A stretch of DNA of 44,737 bases. Source: Octopus sinensis. Its lineage: Eukaryota. A program made the translations under genes and the position numbers. The notes beneath the pieces are model-generated. The model made no database searches, had not been told where the DNA came from, and saw only the letters and a program-made list of their open reading frames with translations. The stretch is from positions 1 to 44,737 of the forward strand of contig NW_021834953.1 of the NCBI RefSeq assembly GCF_006345805.1. Direction: 5' to 3'. Each line of letters begins with the position of its first letter. The stretch's first letter is position 1. Below, piece after piece: positions 11,403-23,240 of this stretch.

Positions 11403-13029
11403 TGCATAAATGTATGTATGAGTATGTGCAGAGAGAGAGAGTAAGAGAGATTGCATGTTTTAATCAAACAGATCCTAAAACAATATAGTAGAAGATTTTT
11501 AAAAATTACATTTTTTTCTTTCAATATTCTGAAAAGTATTTTTTCTTTGTTTCATTTTTTTTTTTTTTTGCTAAAGAAAGAAATCTTTTGATACAAAGTA
11601 ATAATTCATTGCTTTAGGTTCTGATGTGTGTGTGTGTGTTTACACCCACACATTTACACACATATACTTGTAGCTAATACTGTTGTTTTAGAGTTGTCTC
11701 TTCAAGCTTGTTCTAGAACAACTGTAATATATTGAGGGCTGACCAAATAAGTACATAATTTAGTTAATCTGCAACCATCCTCATTGAAGGAGATGTGAAT
11801 TTTAAAGTTTATTGAGGAAACAATGACAGTTCCATTGGACATATAAGTTGCTGTAATTTATGATGCAGGCATCAAACCTCTTCAGCTAAGTGATTATTCA
11901 TTACTCTTGTAAGTGGTTATTCATTACTCTTGTAGAATCAATCCAACATGCCATCCAGTGGTGGTCTTGCACACATGCCAGGTACCAGTTCATGTTTAGA
12001 TTATCTTTATTCTTTTCTCTCATGAATCTCCGTCAGAAGAAATGCTGCTTGTTACTTGGTCTCCTTTCATTTCTTGATTCCAAGAAAGCAAGTTTTTCTT
12101 TATTTGGTGTCCAGAATTGCATTGAGGTTTTCAGTTTCCTTCCACGACTGACATCTAAATGGTAAGGATCACAAACCACTTCAAAGGAGAGGGAAGACAC
12201 ACTGGAAGAGTAAAAACTCATCAATGTTGGGAATCAGAGATTTTTGCAGACCTTAAAAGTTAGATAAGAACTGGTCTTCACACAAAATGACAACACTAGA
12301 ATGATGTTTTAATAATTCTTAGTAAAAATAAGGTGTGTTTCATGTAGCAAGGTCTTAAAGAGACAGCAACATGCGGCTGAGTGGTAATTTAAGAAAAAAC
12401 ATCCCCACCCCAGTACCATCTCATCATCTCCTTGCTACAATTCTTCAAAGCAGAAATTCAAGTAGTTATGAGCCCTAATTGGATAGTTAATTATCTCAGC
12501 TACAAAACATTTGTTCCAAAACTTCATGAAAGTATTAAGATGTTTCATTAGTAAGTGATTATGAAAAGAAATTTTGCTATCATATGTCAAATACCATAAT
12601 AATGTTCTTCTAGAGATGGTTGCAACCATTGCTAGACACAAATATAGAAGCACATATAAAGCAAAAAGTCCATCTGACTTCCCCAAACAAAATTATTCGA
12701 CAATATGCAAGAACCACACACACACACAGCAGCTTCTTCTCTTTGATTCCTCTACCATACAACAGCATGTTTACCATTCTTACCAAGGTTACTTAATTCA
12801 TCAGACATTACCCTCAATCATAAACCGTTAATCTTTTCTTTCTACAACTATTGCAGCACCCTGATAGTCTTTCCCTATATGTTGGTCTTTTACTTGTTTC
12901 AGTCATTGAACTGCAGCCATGCTGGAGCACCACTTTGAAGAATTTTTAGTCAAACAAAACAAAATGCAACAAACTGAAACAATATAAGACCTACGGAATA
13001 CTGACCAACCAAAACAGGCACAAGAAACA

Positions 13030-13049
<20 letters not shown>

Positions 13050-13068
<19 letters not shown>

Positions 13069-14250
13069 AAGGGAATGTGAGAAAGATTCAAGAATAGGAA
13101 ACTCAAAAGGTGGAAATCACGACCATAAAAATCTCAAGATGGAAATAATTTTAGACTTAGAGCCAACAGAAAATCTTCTTATAAACCAATGATAGTATTT
13201 CCCCAAAATAAAACTCAATGATCGAACAACAACAACAATAAAAACTGTTAAGCTGACCATCACAGACATAATTAAAATAAAACCCAAACATCAGTATCAC
13301 TAGGTTAAATGAAACCATATTTGTGGAGTAAGAAAGTGAGTGGGTCTTCAGATCTACTCAAAGAGAAATAAGAAAACCCAAATATGCAATCATCATCATC
13401 ATCATAAGAAATATTCAGGACAAAAAACAGAGGAGAGAAAACCTCTAAATACTTAATAATAAAACAACACAACAGAAGAAAAAAAAAGAGGAGAGAAATA
13501 TGATACAGAAAGATAAGATAATGGAAAAGGATGTACTGAAAATGGATAATTACTGAAACTAGAGAACTTTGGTCAACGATGAAGATCTGTTAATATAAAA
13601 ATGGTGATTCTTTGTACAAATTACATAGTTTAACCCCAGCCCCAAGCGATTTTATTATGAATTGGGTGAAAATAAAATAGAAATTAATTGCAGTGGAAGT
13701 GGAATTTTTGGAAAGCGTGCATGCAGTGGTAGAATCACCAGGCAAAATTTTGTTCAAAACAATAGACCCAGCAGCTGAACAATGGAAGACATCCACAACA
13801 GAAGGACTAAAGCACATACTGCAAAAAAAATAAAATAATAATAATAATAATAACTGAAAGGTATCAGGACTAGACAAGTTTGCAAACTTTTGGTTAAAAT
13901 ATTTCACAGGGACAGCTTTAGGTTTAGCAGAGAATTTTTATGAGATACTAACAAAGCAACACATGACTGACACAGTGAGAAAGAAATAATCTTAATTGAG
14001 AAGACTAAAGAAACAACAAACTCTAAAAATCTACATAACCTGCCTTGCTACAACTGATAAAGCAGTGACTGTAATAATTTCATCAAAAGTAAATAAACAA
14101 TTGGAAATAACCAGCTCCTAGAAGAGCAGAAGGGCTCTCAAATGCTTGAAAAATATCAACAAATATAAGAACTGCGGAAAAAAGGAAGAAGGGTCTGAGC
14201 ATGGCTTGGATTGACTACCAAAAGGCTTTGGACAGTATTCTCTACATGTG
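13050..14250 (+). mobile_element. Decayed non-LTR retrotransposon RT fragment, R4/Dong-like
   Basis: 14180-14243 translates KRKKGLSMAWIDYQKALDSIL, an RT motif of the WIDYKKAFDSVPH type. It is preceded by NNQLLEEQKG and GLDKFANFWLK-like segments. Many stops and frameshifts; boundaries approximate. Confidence 0.65.
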
Positions 14251-15081
14251 AACCCAGGAAACAATAGCTATCAATAACAATGTACCAGTAACGAGAAAAT
14301 AAATGAAACAATTGTGCAAAGTTAATTTAGATGGAATTTGAACTCTGAATGCAAAGAGCTGAAAGAAATACCACAAAGTATTTTGTCCCAACACTTTAAA
14401 GTTTCTGCAAGTTGCATTAACAACTAATGTTATTTTTTTTCTAAAAGGCAAATTTTATTTAATTTGTTTTTGCGAGTGTAAAGAGAAAGATTGAGAGTTG
14501 AATTAATAATAATGATTAGAAAGTTGAAGATAACAGTCTTAATGAAAGATTATAGACTTAAGGTTGATTTAGTTAAAGTATCATTTATAAAAGTCATCCA
14601 TTTACAATTGACAATAAAGTGCATAGAAATCCAGACTTCTATTGCTTAATTGGCTAAAAACACTATTGTAGCTAAATGATATCAATTAAACTACCTTCCT
14701 AATTTGTTTCTCACTTTCACAGCTGTGATTATCAAAGTAAAGATTAAACAATGGCAAAACATGTCATCAGTTGCTTAAGTCTGTTAGTTTCTCTGATCGT
14801 TCTGGGCCAGCAACAACATTTGGGAAATTTCTGTGGCAGTTTGTAAATAGGAATACAACTTAGACACTCAGTTCTGCTTACATCACCATGGCAACAAAGG
14901 CAACAGTCAGTTACACCACCACACAAACATGTAAGGTCTAATATTCTAAGGTAAAAGAAAATTCCATGATGACTGGGGTGAGGTGGAGGTCTAGTAAAGT
15001 CAGCATTGGCCAGAATTAGATTGGAATAAAACTATAATGGTGTAATTATTATTATTATTATTGTTATTATCATTATTACGT

Positions 15082-15285
15082 CCAAGGCTGTGTGCTAGTA
15101 GAACTGTTAGCATGCAGGGCAAAATGCTTCATGGCATTTCATCCATCCTTATGTTCTGAGTTCAAATGCTGCCAAGGTCAACTTTGTTTTGCAATAAAAT
15201 AAGGACCAGTTGAAAACTGAGGTCAATGCAATCAACTTATTCCTTCTCTTGAAATTGCTGGCCTTGTGACAGAATGTGAAACCAT
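15082..15285 (+). mobile_element. Degenerate tRNA-derived SINE (family 5, Meta-domain-like)
   Basis: GAACTGTTAGCATGCAGGGCAAAATGCTT...GTTCTGAGTTCAAAT...AAGGTCAACTTTG; homologous to the reverse complement of 30501-30715. Confidence 0.65.
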
Positions 15286-16158
15286 ACCATCATTATTATT
15301 AGTAGTAGTATTAACAATACAACCTTCTTTCATATTTTTCATGTTTTTGTATTTTCCAAGAAAACACTAGCCTAACTATTTATGCTTATCTCGTGGCATA
15401 ATTTACTTCAGTTTTTATTCCATGCTAACCCATGCCAGCAAGGAAAACTGATGTTAATAGATGATGATGATGATGATTCTATGGAGTCATACTGTTTCTT
15501 TTCAAACTTCTTTTAACTCTCATCTCTGTCTTCGTTATCTCATTACCTCTCTCTTCAACACTTGACAATTTCTCAATCAGTACAAATCAATCATTCAAAT
15601 TAAATATTCATAGCACTCGAGTTACTTTCCCAATCAATAGTTCTCGGTACAAAATCATTTGTCCAATTTGCTTCAGCCATTCCATACTACAGACCCAATG
15701 GACATACTAACTCATACCTTTTTGACTTCACAACTTGTATAATTTATAACTGACTCTGACTTCAGACTCATTAACTGACTCTGACTCCAGACTCATGACT
15801 GATTTCAAGTAGTCAACCTCCACCATGGAGACATCGACCTCGACAATCATGATGTCATACTTCACACCAAAGAGTCATCGACCTCCACAATGACAAGATT
15901 CATCACAACACCCCAGAAGTCACCCTCCACAAAGGTAACGTCATTCTATCCAGAGGAGTTGCTATTAAGCAACACACTGAAAAACCACAAGCAAATGGGA
16001 GAGTGGGGGTGGCAGTTATGTAGTCATGCAGTCTGCTAGAGATAGGGGCCAGCTGCTGTAAAAGGGGCTTAATTTGTTACTGTACTCAAAGCTTTCTACA
16101 CATAACCTGATGATCATGACTAGAGTGGTTGATCTACAGTGAATCAACAACAGCAATG

Positions 16159-16395
16159 TACAGGGTGTGGCAGACAAACCCTCCCTATTCGACATGGTCG
16201 AAAATAGAGAATCAGCAAAGGTTTTTTGTGGTTATCACACTCTGTACATTTAAAAAAAGATACATGTGTTCAAATCTCAAAGATGTCAATGAGGGATAGA
16301 ATGGCTGAATGTAGAGCACAAAACCATTACTGACAAACATTCTATAGCAATATGCAATGGTGTGGTAGCGGTTCCTTAAACTACAGCAAAAGCAA
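16159..16395 (+). mobile_element. Possible Tc1/mariner-type terminal fragment
   Basis: Begins TA|CAGGGTGTGGCAGACAAACC, like mariner termini; no partner inverted repeat found; right boundary is a guess. Confidence 0.35.
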
Positions 16396-17835
16396 CGAGA
16401 TACAAGTTCCCTTCACCCTTTTGTTGCCATGTTTCAGTTGAAATCCATTTGTCTCAAATGTTATAATGAAGAACATAGAAAAATTTTGTCATTTTGATGC
16501 TGGTGTTTGGAAAAATAGCAAAGATGAGATTCTGATGGAAGACTTTAATTTAAATCACTTTAAAACAGGAAATTTGTATCAAAGAACTAGTAGTGACCTC
16601 TGGTGTATGAAATAGATGAAACAATAACAATGGTAGCAAGAAAGGGTTCCTTTAAAATAAAAGAGCAAAAATTTATTTGATACTGCAATGACTGATGAAC
16701 AGGATCAAGTAAGATCTATTGATGATCTTAGTGCAGATATTAACACCAAGAACGATATTGATGATATTAATATTGAGAAAGTCTAATACAATATTTCTCT
16801 GTTTATTGAAAAACACAGAGAAATCGTAGTGATGGTGTGGTGGAGCTGATGGTAGCTTTTGTAATGGCTTGTCTGAAACTGCATTATGGTGTTTCCCACT
16901 GGCACAGGGTGCCTCCTGGCACCGAGTAAAGTCACTTAACCAATTAGGAACAGAGTTAAATTTGGGCAACTCACAAAAATTCAATTTACTGACATCACAA
17001 CAACAACTTGGAAGAAGAAACCATTAAGTACAAAAGATTTGTAAAAGATGGAGTATAAAATAGATGAATGTTTGTAGCAAAATGTTTTGAATGCAGTTGG
17101 GATAAACTGGAAATTGATAGTTATGAAGGGTAAAGAATGAGTGGTAGAGTGTTCCTAGGTTTGTAAACATGTCTTTCTACGTTGGCTGTTTTGTCTCCAG
17201 GAACCCTAATAGATTAGTTTTATTTATCAGAAGATTTAAACTGAGGTAATCCATTGTAATACATAAGTAATTGACATTCAGAAATTACACTTCACTATAA
17301 TAAAACAAATAAGAAATATCTGTTTTAACAATTCTTGTAAATATTTATATTTGCAGATCCATAAAACACACTTCATAATGAAGGAAAAGAAATTGATAAG
17401 GTAAATTAGATTAAATTAAAATGATATTTAAGAAACATTGTAAGGAAATAGAGAAATAGAAAGGCACAGGAAGGAATCTGTAGGTGACCAACCATGAAGA
17501 AACACTGAACATTCATCCAGTAATAATTAATCTGAAAAAATATGATAGATAAAAGTGAAAATCATGAGAAGAAGGAAAGATTTGGGTGCAAGTATGCACA
17601 ATAGAATATAACGTTTGATTTTTGATATTTTTAGGAGGGATGGTCATTATAAGAACTCAAAATACTGATTTTTTAAAATTTGTTTGTATGGAGGAAGGAC
17701 TGCAATTAAGAGAACCACACCATTTGTGTTATTTATGATTATTACATTAACCATGGAACTTTCAAAGACAAAAATAATTGAAAGAACAAAAGGAATTTTG
17801 CAGAAGAAAGTCACAAAATTGGAGAAAAACAAGTT

Positions 17836-17919
17836 GAATAATCTACATCCAGCCAAGATTATCCCCCACCTAGATTAGAATAATCTACATCCAGCCAAGA
17901 TTATCCCCCACCTAGATTA
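17836..17919. repeat. Perfect 42-bp tandem duplication
   Basis: GAATAATCTACATCCAGCCAAGATTATCCCCCACCTAGATTA at 17836-17877 and 17878-17919. Confidence 0.95.
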
Positions 17920-18419
17920 AACACCTTACAATCTACTGGAACTGGTACTACAGATTTCAATTACTGTGAGGAAATAAATACTCTATGTATTTCAAATGTT
18001 TATAAGGAGTCCATGGTAAAGTCTCACTACAGCTTCTCAAACTGTTAGAAATAGCAGTTAAATTCCCTTCAATCAATCTACAGCTTTTGAAAAGAGAAGG
18101 ATTGATGGGATAATAATGCTTAAGATATATGTGTACAATACCTCAAATATATTGGGATAATCACAACTAGAACAACTTTGGAAATCACAGAACTCTTTGA
18201 CATTTCTGAAGCTATATAATTACCAATGAATGAGGAACAACTGAAGGTGCCAACACAGTATAACTGGACCACAACAATAGTGACTGGAACTGTAGCTGGC
18301 AGATATGAAGGAGACTCTAAACCATTTGAAATAATAAACAAAAGATGATGGAGATGATTTTTAATGGTGGTGAAAGAAAGAATTTACCAAACAAACAAAA
18401 ACTGTGGGGGAAATTCAAA

Positions 18420-18890
18420 ATAACATAAAACTAGTTCATATTTGTTGTTGAGCTCAGTCTTTAAGTGGAGATATTCCAGACAGGAACCACAAAAACTGAA
18501 GCCAGTTTCAAGATATAAGAAACATCACAGAGTCACAAAATCAGACTGCTAAGTCCACTGGTATTCTGTATGGTTCTGTGGATATGTATGACATGAACTC
18601 TGATAGAGGTGCAGAGAAAAACAATGGCACTGGATGTGTGATATTACTAGAGGAACTTATAACCATTATACTGGCACCATGTTGCACAAATGAACGGGTC
18701 CACAAAACTGTTCAACACAATGTGTACCCTGCCCCACCACCAATTCCATGAAGACTGTCTCATGAAAGTGAAAAAAAGAAAGCTGAGGTGGTATGGCCAT
18801 GTAAGAAGATGCTGTGGTTGTCCAAAACCCCATTCTTCAAGGAAGTGCAGAGGAGAAAAAGAGGGAGTCCTGAATACTGGCAAAACAAAT
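18420..18890 (+). mobile_element. Decayed RTE-clade LINE, 3' part of the RT ORF
   Basis: ORF 18690-18914 contains EDCLMKVKKRKLRWYGHVRR, matching the RTE C-terminal motif TVKKRKLRWYGHVxR. Upstream frameshifted segments resemble KIRLLRSLV...LYG. Confidence 0.7.
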
Positions 18891-19077
18891 ACAACACCTG
18901 AAGGAGATGGGTAGAGTGGTAGAGTATGTGGCACAATGATGCCTCTTCAAACCCATTGGAAGCTTAGAGATGAAACAAACTAACAACACCTAACAAGAAA
19001 CAGGGAAGCCACACATTTCATCAGATTTAGGAATTTTCATATACATGCTTGAGTTTGTGTGTGTGTGTGTGTGCGTA

Positions 19078-19410
19078 TATCATCGTCACCATTTAACGTC
19101 CACTTTCCATGCTGTCATGGGTTGGACGGCTTGACTGAGGACTGGTGAACCAGAAGGCTGCACCAGGCTCCAATCTGATCTGGTAAAGTTTCTACAGCTG
19201 GATTCCCTTCCTAACGCCAACCACTCCGAGAGTGAAGTTGGTACATTTACGTGCCACTGGCATGATGGCCAGTCAGGCGGTACACATTCAAATGGTGCTT
19301 TTTATGTGTCACTTGCACAAGAGCCAGTCCGGCAGCACTGGCAATGACCATGCTCAAATAGTGCTTTTAAAGTTCCACTGGCACAGATGCCAGTCAGGTG
19401 GTACTGTCAT
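19078..19410 (-). mobile_element. Family 2 (GAT)n-tailed element, minus strand
   Basis: Starts CATCGTCACCATTTAACGTCCACTTTCCATGC, the reverse complement of the family 2 tail, and continues through CCCTTCCTAACGCCAACCACTCCG. Confidence 0.85.
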
Positions 19411-19499
19411 TGGTTGTAAATGAGCATCACCTTTATGCAAGCAGGATCCTTCAATTGGAATGTTCCATGAAAACATGTTTACTCATGGCTACAAAAAGG

Positions 19500-19762
19500 T
19501 AGTTTATGGAAGATCAGCAGTCGGCCATGCATACTAGCCTCCCCTTTCCACACCACTGATGTTATCCAAGGGAAAGGTAAAAGGGGCCGATACAGCTTGG
19601 CACCAGTAACATCGCAACTCATTACTACAACTGAGTGAACAGGAGCAACGTGAAATAAAGTGTCTTGCTCAAAAACACAACATACACCTTGATCCAGGAA
19701 CTGAACTCACTACCTCGTGATTGTGAGCTTGATGCTCTAACCACTGAGCCATGCACCTTCAC
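19500..19762 (-). mobile_element. tRNA-derived SINE (family 3), 3'-truncated
   Basis: Colinear with 1165-1430 (GCTTGGCACCAGT...AAATAAAGTGTCTTGCTCAA...CCACTGAGCCATGCACCTTCAC). Confidence 0.85.
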
Positions 19763-20354
19763 ATATTACTGGTTTTGTCATTAATAATTATACAGATATA
19801 TATATTTATATATATATATATATAAACGACAAAAGCAGTAGCACTACCAAAATGCAATCTTATATCCAACTTAATGTAGATGCTTTGTTAGACATATGTG
19901 AAGTGTATGTGTGTACATGTGCATGTATGGTGGAGGGGGGGGGGGTTTCATAAATTTGCTTTTCTTTTCATTTCAGATTCAGGGAAGGCATGTTTACACT
20001 TTTTGGAGACGACACTTAGTGTGAAATATAAACATAAATGTAAACATATATAAAATTCCATGTGTGTGTATGTGTAAGTTCTTAACATGTGTATGTATTT
20101 TTGTGATGTGTGTGTATGGGGCAGGGGGTAGTGTATTTTAAAAGAGGAAAGTAGGGAGGGAGAAACATAGAGACAGGAAGAGAAGAGGAGAAGAGAAAGA
20201 AAGAGAAAGAGAGACAGAGCCCTACAGAGGTGTTAGGTATCACATGATCAAGTTGAATGAACAGCTGACATATTGCATGACCAACAGATTAACCAAGAAA
20301 ACACAATGTTCAGAATTTTTATTCTTTTTTTTTTTTTCCTGGTCCCAAGTTTGA

Positions 20355-20820
20355 AATCAACATTATGCTTTCAACATCCACTTTTCCATTCTTGCATGGA
20401 TCAAACAGAATTTACTGAAGCAGATTTTCTATGGCCAGATGCCCTTCCAGTTGGAAGCTCTTCCAGTCATTAACCCTCATCTGTTCCTAAGTAGGGTAAT
20501 TTGTAGCCATGGGTAAACATGTTTTCATGGAACATTCCGAATGAAAGATCCTGCTTGCATAAAGGTGATGCTCATTTACAACCATCATGCAATGTCACAA
20601 AATTATTGTGCAAATGGCTGAGCACTCCACAGGCACACATGCCTTTAATGTAGTTCCCCATTTGAATTACAGGTACAACTCATTTTTTGCCAGCTGAGAG
20701 AACTGCAGTAACATGAAATGAAGTGCCTTGTTCAAGGACACAATTTTGATGCAAGGAATCAAACTCATGGCCTTACAATCATAATCCAAACATCCGAACT
20801 GCTCAACCCTCCACCTTCAT
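20355..20820 (-). mobile_element. Old degenerate SINE (family 4: CORE-like head, family-2-like tail)
   Basis: AACATCCACTTTTCCATTCTTGCATGG tail, CAGATGCCCTTCC, and AACATGAAATGAAGTGCCTTGTTCAAGGACACAA related to the family 3 CORE-like segment. Confidence 0.55.
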
Positions 20821-20904
20821 GAGGAGATACTAAAATACGAACAAGAGTGTGTATATGCATATGTATTTATACATATGTGCAAATATATTTATGTGTTTGT
20901 GTGT

Positions 20905-21246
20905 GTGGCATAGTTGTTCAGCTAAGAAGTTTACTTTCTAACCATGAGGTCATGGGTTCAGTCTGAAGGCCTGGCATCTAGGACAAGTTTCTTCTTCTTT
21001 AATCTGAAGTTGACTATGAGAGGATTTGGTTGATAGAAACTATGGTGACATCAGCAGTGCTGGTGCCATATAAAAAGCACCCAGTCACTCCCTAATGTGG
21101 TTGGTTTTAGGAAGGGAACTATAAAAACCATGCCAAGACTGACAGTGAGAGCTTGGTGCAATCCCTATGCTAACCAGCTCCTGTCAACCTGCCCAACCCA
21201 TGCCAGTGTAGAAAATGAAAGTCAAAGGTTGATGATGATGATGATG
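20905..21246 (+). mobile_element. Degenerate composite SINE: family 1-like head plus family 2 body and (GAT)n tail
   Basis: TAAGAAGTTTACTTTCTAACCATGAGGTCATGGGTTCAGT head; AAAAAGCACCCAG...GTGGTTGGTTTTAGGAAGGG...CCAACCCATGCCAGTGTAGAAAATG...(GAT)n. Confidence 0.6.
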
Positions 21247-21681
21247 AAACTCTGTCGAAGCCTATTGTATATTTATATGTGTATGTGTGTGATACTTGTA
21301 AAAAACCTGTGCCACTAACTATACAAGGTGTGTTGATTGCTTTCAATCTTCCCTGATAACATGTCTGGGAAGAAGCAAATATTTACCTTGCTTGGAAATA
21401 AGTGAAGATTAGCAACTGAGTGGACGTTTGGCCACAGTAAAACCTATCTGAACCAATTTCATCTGACTCATTCAAACAAAGAAAAGTTAAGAACCAATGA
21501 TGATGACAATGATCTACATAAGCACACACACACACACACACACACTGATTCTTGAGATTATCTCCCTTCTCATTTAGAGTTTCTACCAATTACTAATTAA
21601 TAAGTCTGGAAGTAGAGTTAATTTATCTTGTATGTCATACATAACATTGGCCACTCTGAGTTGCATCTCTTAGCTCATTTT

Positions 21682-21990
21682 ATTTCCCAACCACACGGTT
21701 CCAAGTTCAGTCCCACTCCATGGCACCACTATAGCCACAGGCCTACAAAAACATTGTGTGTGGATTTGGTGGACAGAAACTAAATGAAGTCCATACTGTG
21801 TGTGTGTGTGTGTGTGATGTGACATGACTTTGTGCATGCATTTGTCCTTCACCACAACTTTACAAATGCTGTTGGTTTATTTTCAGCAAAAAAGAGGAAT
21901 AAGATAAGCAGCAGGCTTTAAAATAAGTACTGGGTCAATTTGTTGAACTCAACTCTTGAAGGTATTGCCCCAGCATGGCCACAGTCCAAT
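21682..21990 (+). mobile_element. Degenerate family 1 SINE
   Basis: CCAACCACACGGTTCCAAGTTCAGTCCCACT...GGATTTGGTGGACAGAAACT...CCCCAGCATGGCCACAGTC...ATGAAACATGTAAAA. Confidence 0.65.
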
Positions 21991-22146
21991 GTATGAAACA
22001 TGTAAAAAGATAGAGAAAGAGCTACTTACACATGCATGCACATATATAATATATATAACATATATATAATATATAATATATATATATATATTTTATAATA
22101 TATAATATATATAATATAGGTACATAAAAAAAACAGCATTTGAGTA

Positions 22147-22363
22147 TGGCCGTTGCCAGTAGCACCTGACTGGCCCTCGTGCCGGTGGCATGTAAAAGCA
22201 CCTACTACACTCTCGGAGTGGTTGGCGTTAGGAAGGGCATCCAGCTGTAGAAACTCTGCCAGATCAGATTGGAGTCTGGTAAAGCCATCTGGTTTGCCAG
22301 TCTTCAGTCAAATCGTCCAACCCATGCTAGCATGGAAAGCAGACGTTAAACGATGATGATGAT
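22147..22363 (+). mobile_element. Family 2 (GAT)n-tailed element
   Basis: GGTGGCATGTAAAAGCACCTACTACACTCTCGGAGTGGTTGGCGTTAGGAAGGGCATCC...CATGCTAGCATGGAAAGCAGACGTTAAACGATGATGAT. Confidence 0.9.
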
Positions 22364-22366
22364 ATA

Positions 22367-22402
<36 letters not shown>

Positions 22403-22555
22403 ATAATATATAATATATATATACATATATACATACATATATATATATATACATATATATACACATATATACATACATATATATATACATATATACATAC
22501 ATATATATATACATATATATACACATACACACATATATATATCATGTATATATAT
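22363..22555. repeat. Compound (TA)n/(TACA)n microsatellite
   Basis: Direct inspection; source of the I/Y/V/C ORFs here. Confidence 0.9.
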
Positions 22556-23109
22556 AATGATTGAAATTGCAGTGGTATTTGGTGGATAGTTGAGGAGGGA
22601 TTGAACTTGGGTTTTTCGTTTTTCTATTGGTTCCTTTGTCATCCCTTATTTTCATATACCCACACATACACACATATATAATATATATATTATACACACA
22701 CACCACACGCGCGCACACAGCTGCATAGTTTATTGTTACATTATAGGTAAGATCTACAAAATAATACTCCATCCAGTAAATATCAGGTCATATACACAGG
22801 ATTTCAAATTATGAGCTACTACTAGTTTCCTACTGTAAGAACACAATGTGCCTTGTGTCTCCAAGTAATCATTCAGGTTTATTTGAAAAGCAGGATGCTA
22901 GTCTATGAGAAAACACGAGAAAAAGTGAGGAGGAGGAGGAGGGATGGTGCAAAAAGTGGAGTGAGAAAAAATGTGAATAAAAAAGAAAAAAGGAAAAGCA
23001 TCTTCAGCCACAGAAGCTCTGTATAGTCAAAAGACCATACATTCTTTTTAAATCCAAGAATTTCACTACATTACTTAATTCCAGATCCAATGCAAGCACA
23101 TGGTCAAAT

Positions 23110-23240
23110 TTCTTTTGTCAAATTGGAGGAGAATACTGTCTCCAGATTGAGCAGCTGTCTCACAGACTTTGGCCGCCTCCTCACTGAATCATTTTACACC
23201 TGCAGGGTTAATTAGAATTTCGACAGACAAAGCAGATGCA
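23110..23240. promoter_or_regulatory. Candidate enhancer (E-box/homeodomain cluster)
   Basis: TGTCA 23116, CAGCTG 23152, CACCTG 23197, TAATTA 23209, CAGATG 23233 in non-repetitive sequence. Motif evidence only. Confidence 0.3.

Noticed and set aside
11887-11932. 23-bp tandem duplication (similar short ones at 7699-7755 and 15748-15797)
   Set aside because: Ordinary slippage products with no further structure.
11990-12201. Possible extra FoxP exon after a good minus-strand acceptor (TTTTTACTCTTCCAG)
   Set aside because: All three frames hit stops before a convincing donor and there is no FoxP similarity; a UTR exon cannot be excluded without RNA data.
2147-20260. Exact 14-mer ATCAAGTTGAATGA shared by about 2147 and about 20247
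   Set aside because: Several such matches are expected by chance in 45 kb of AT-rich DNA, and the flanks do not align.
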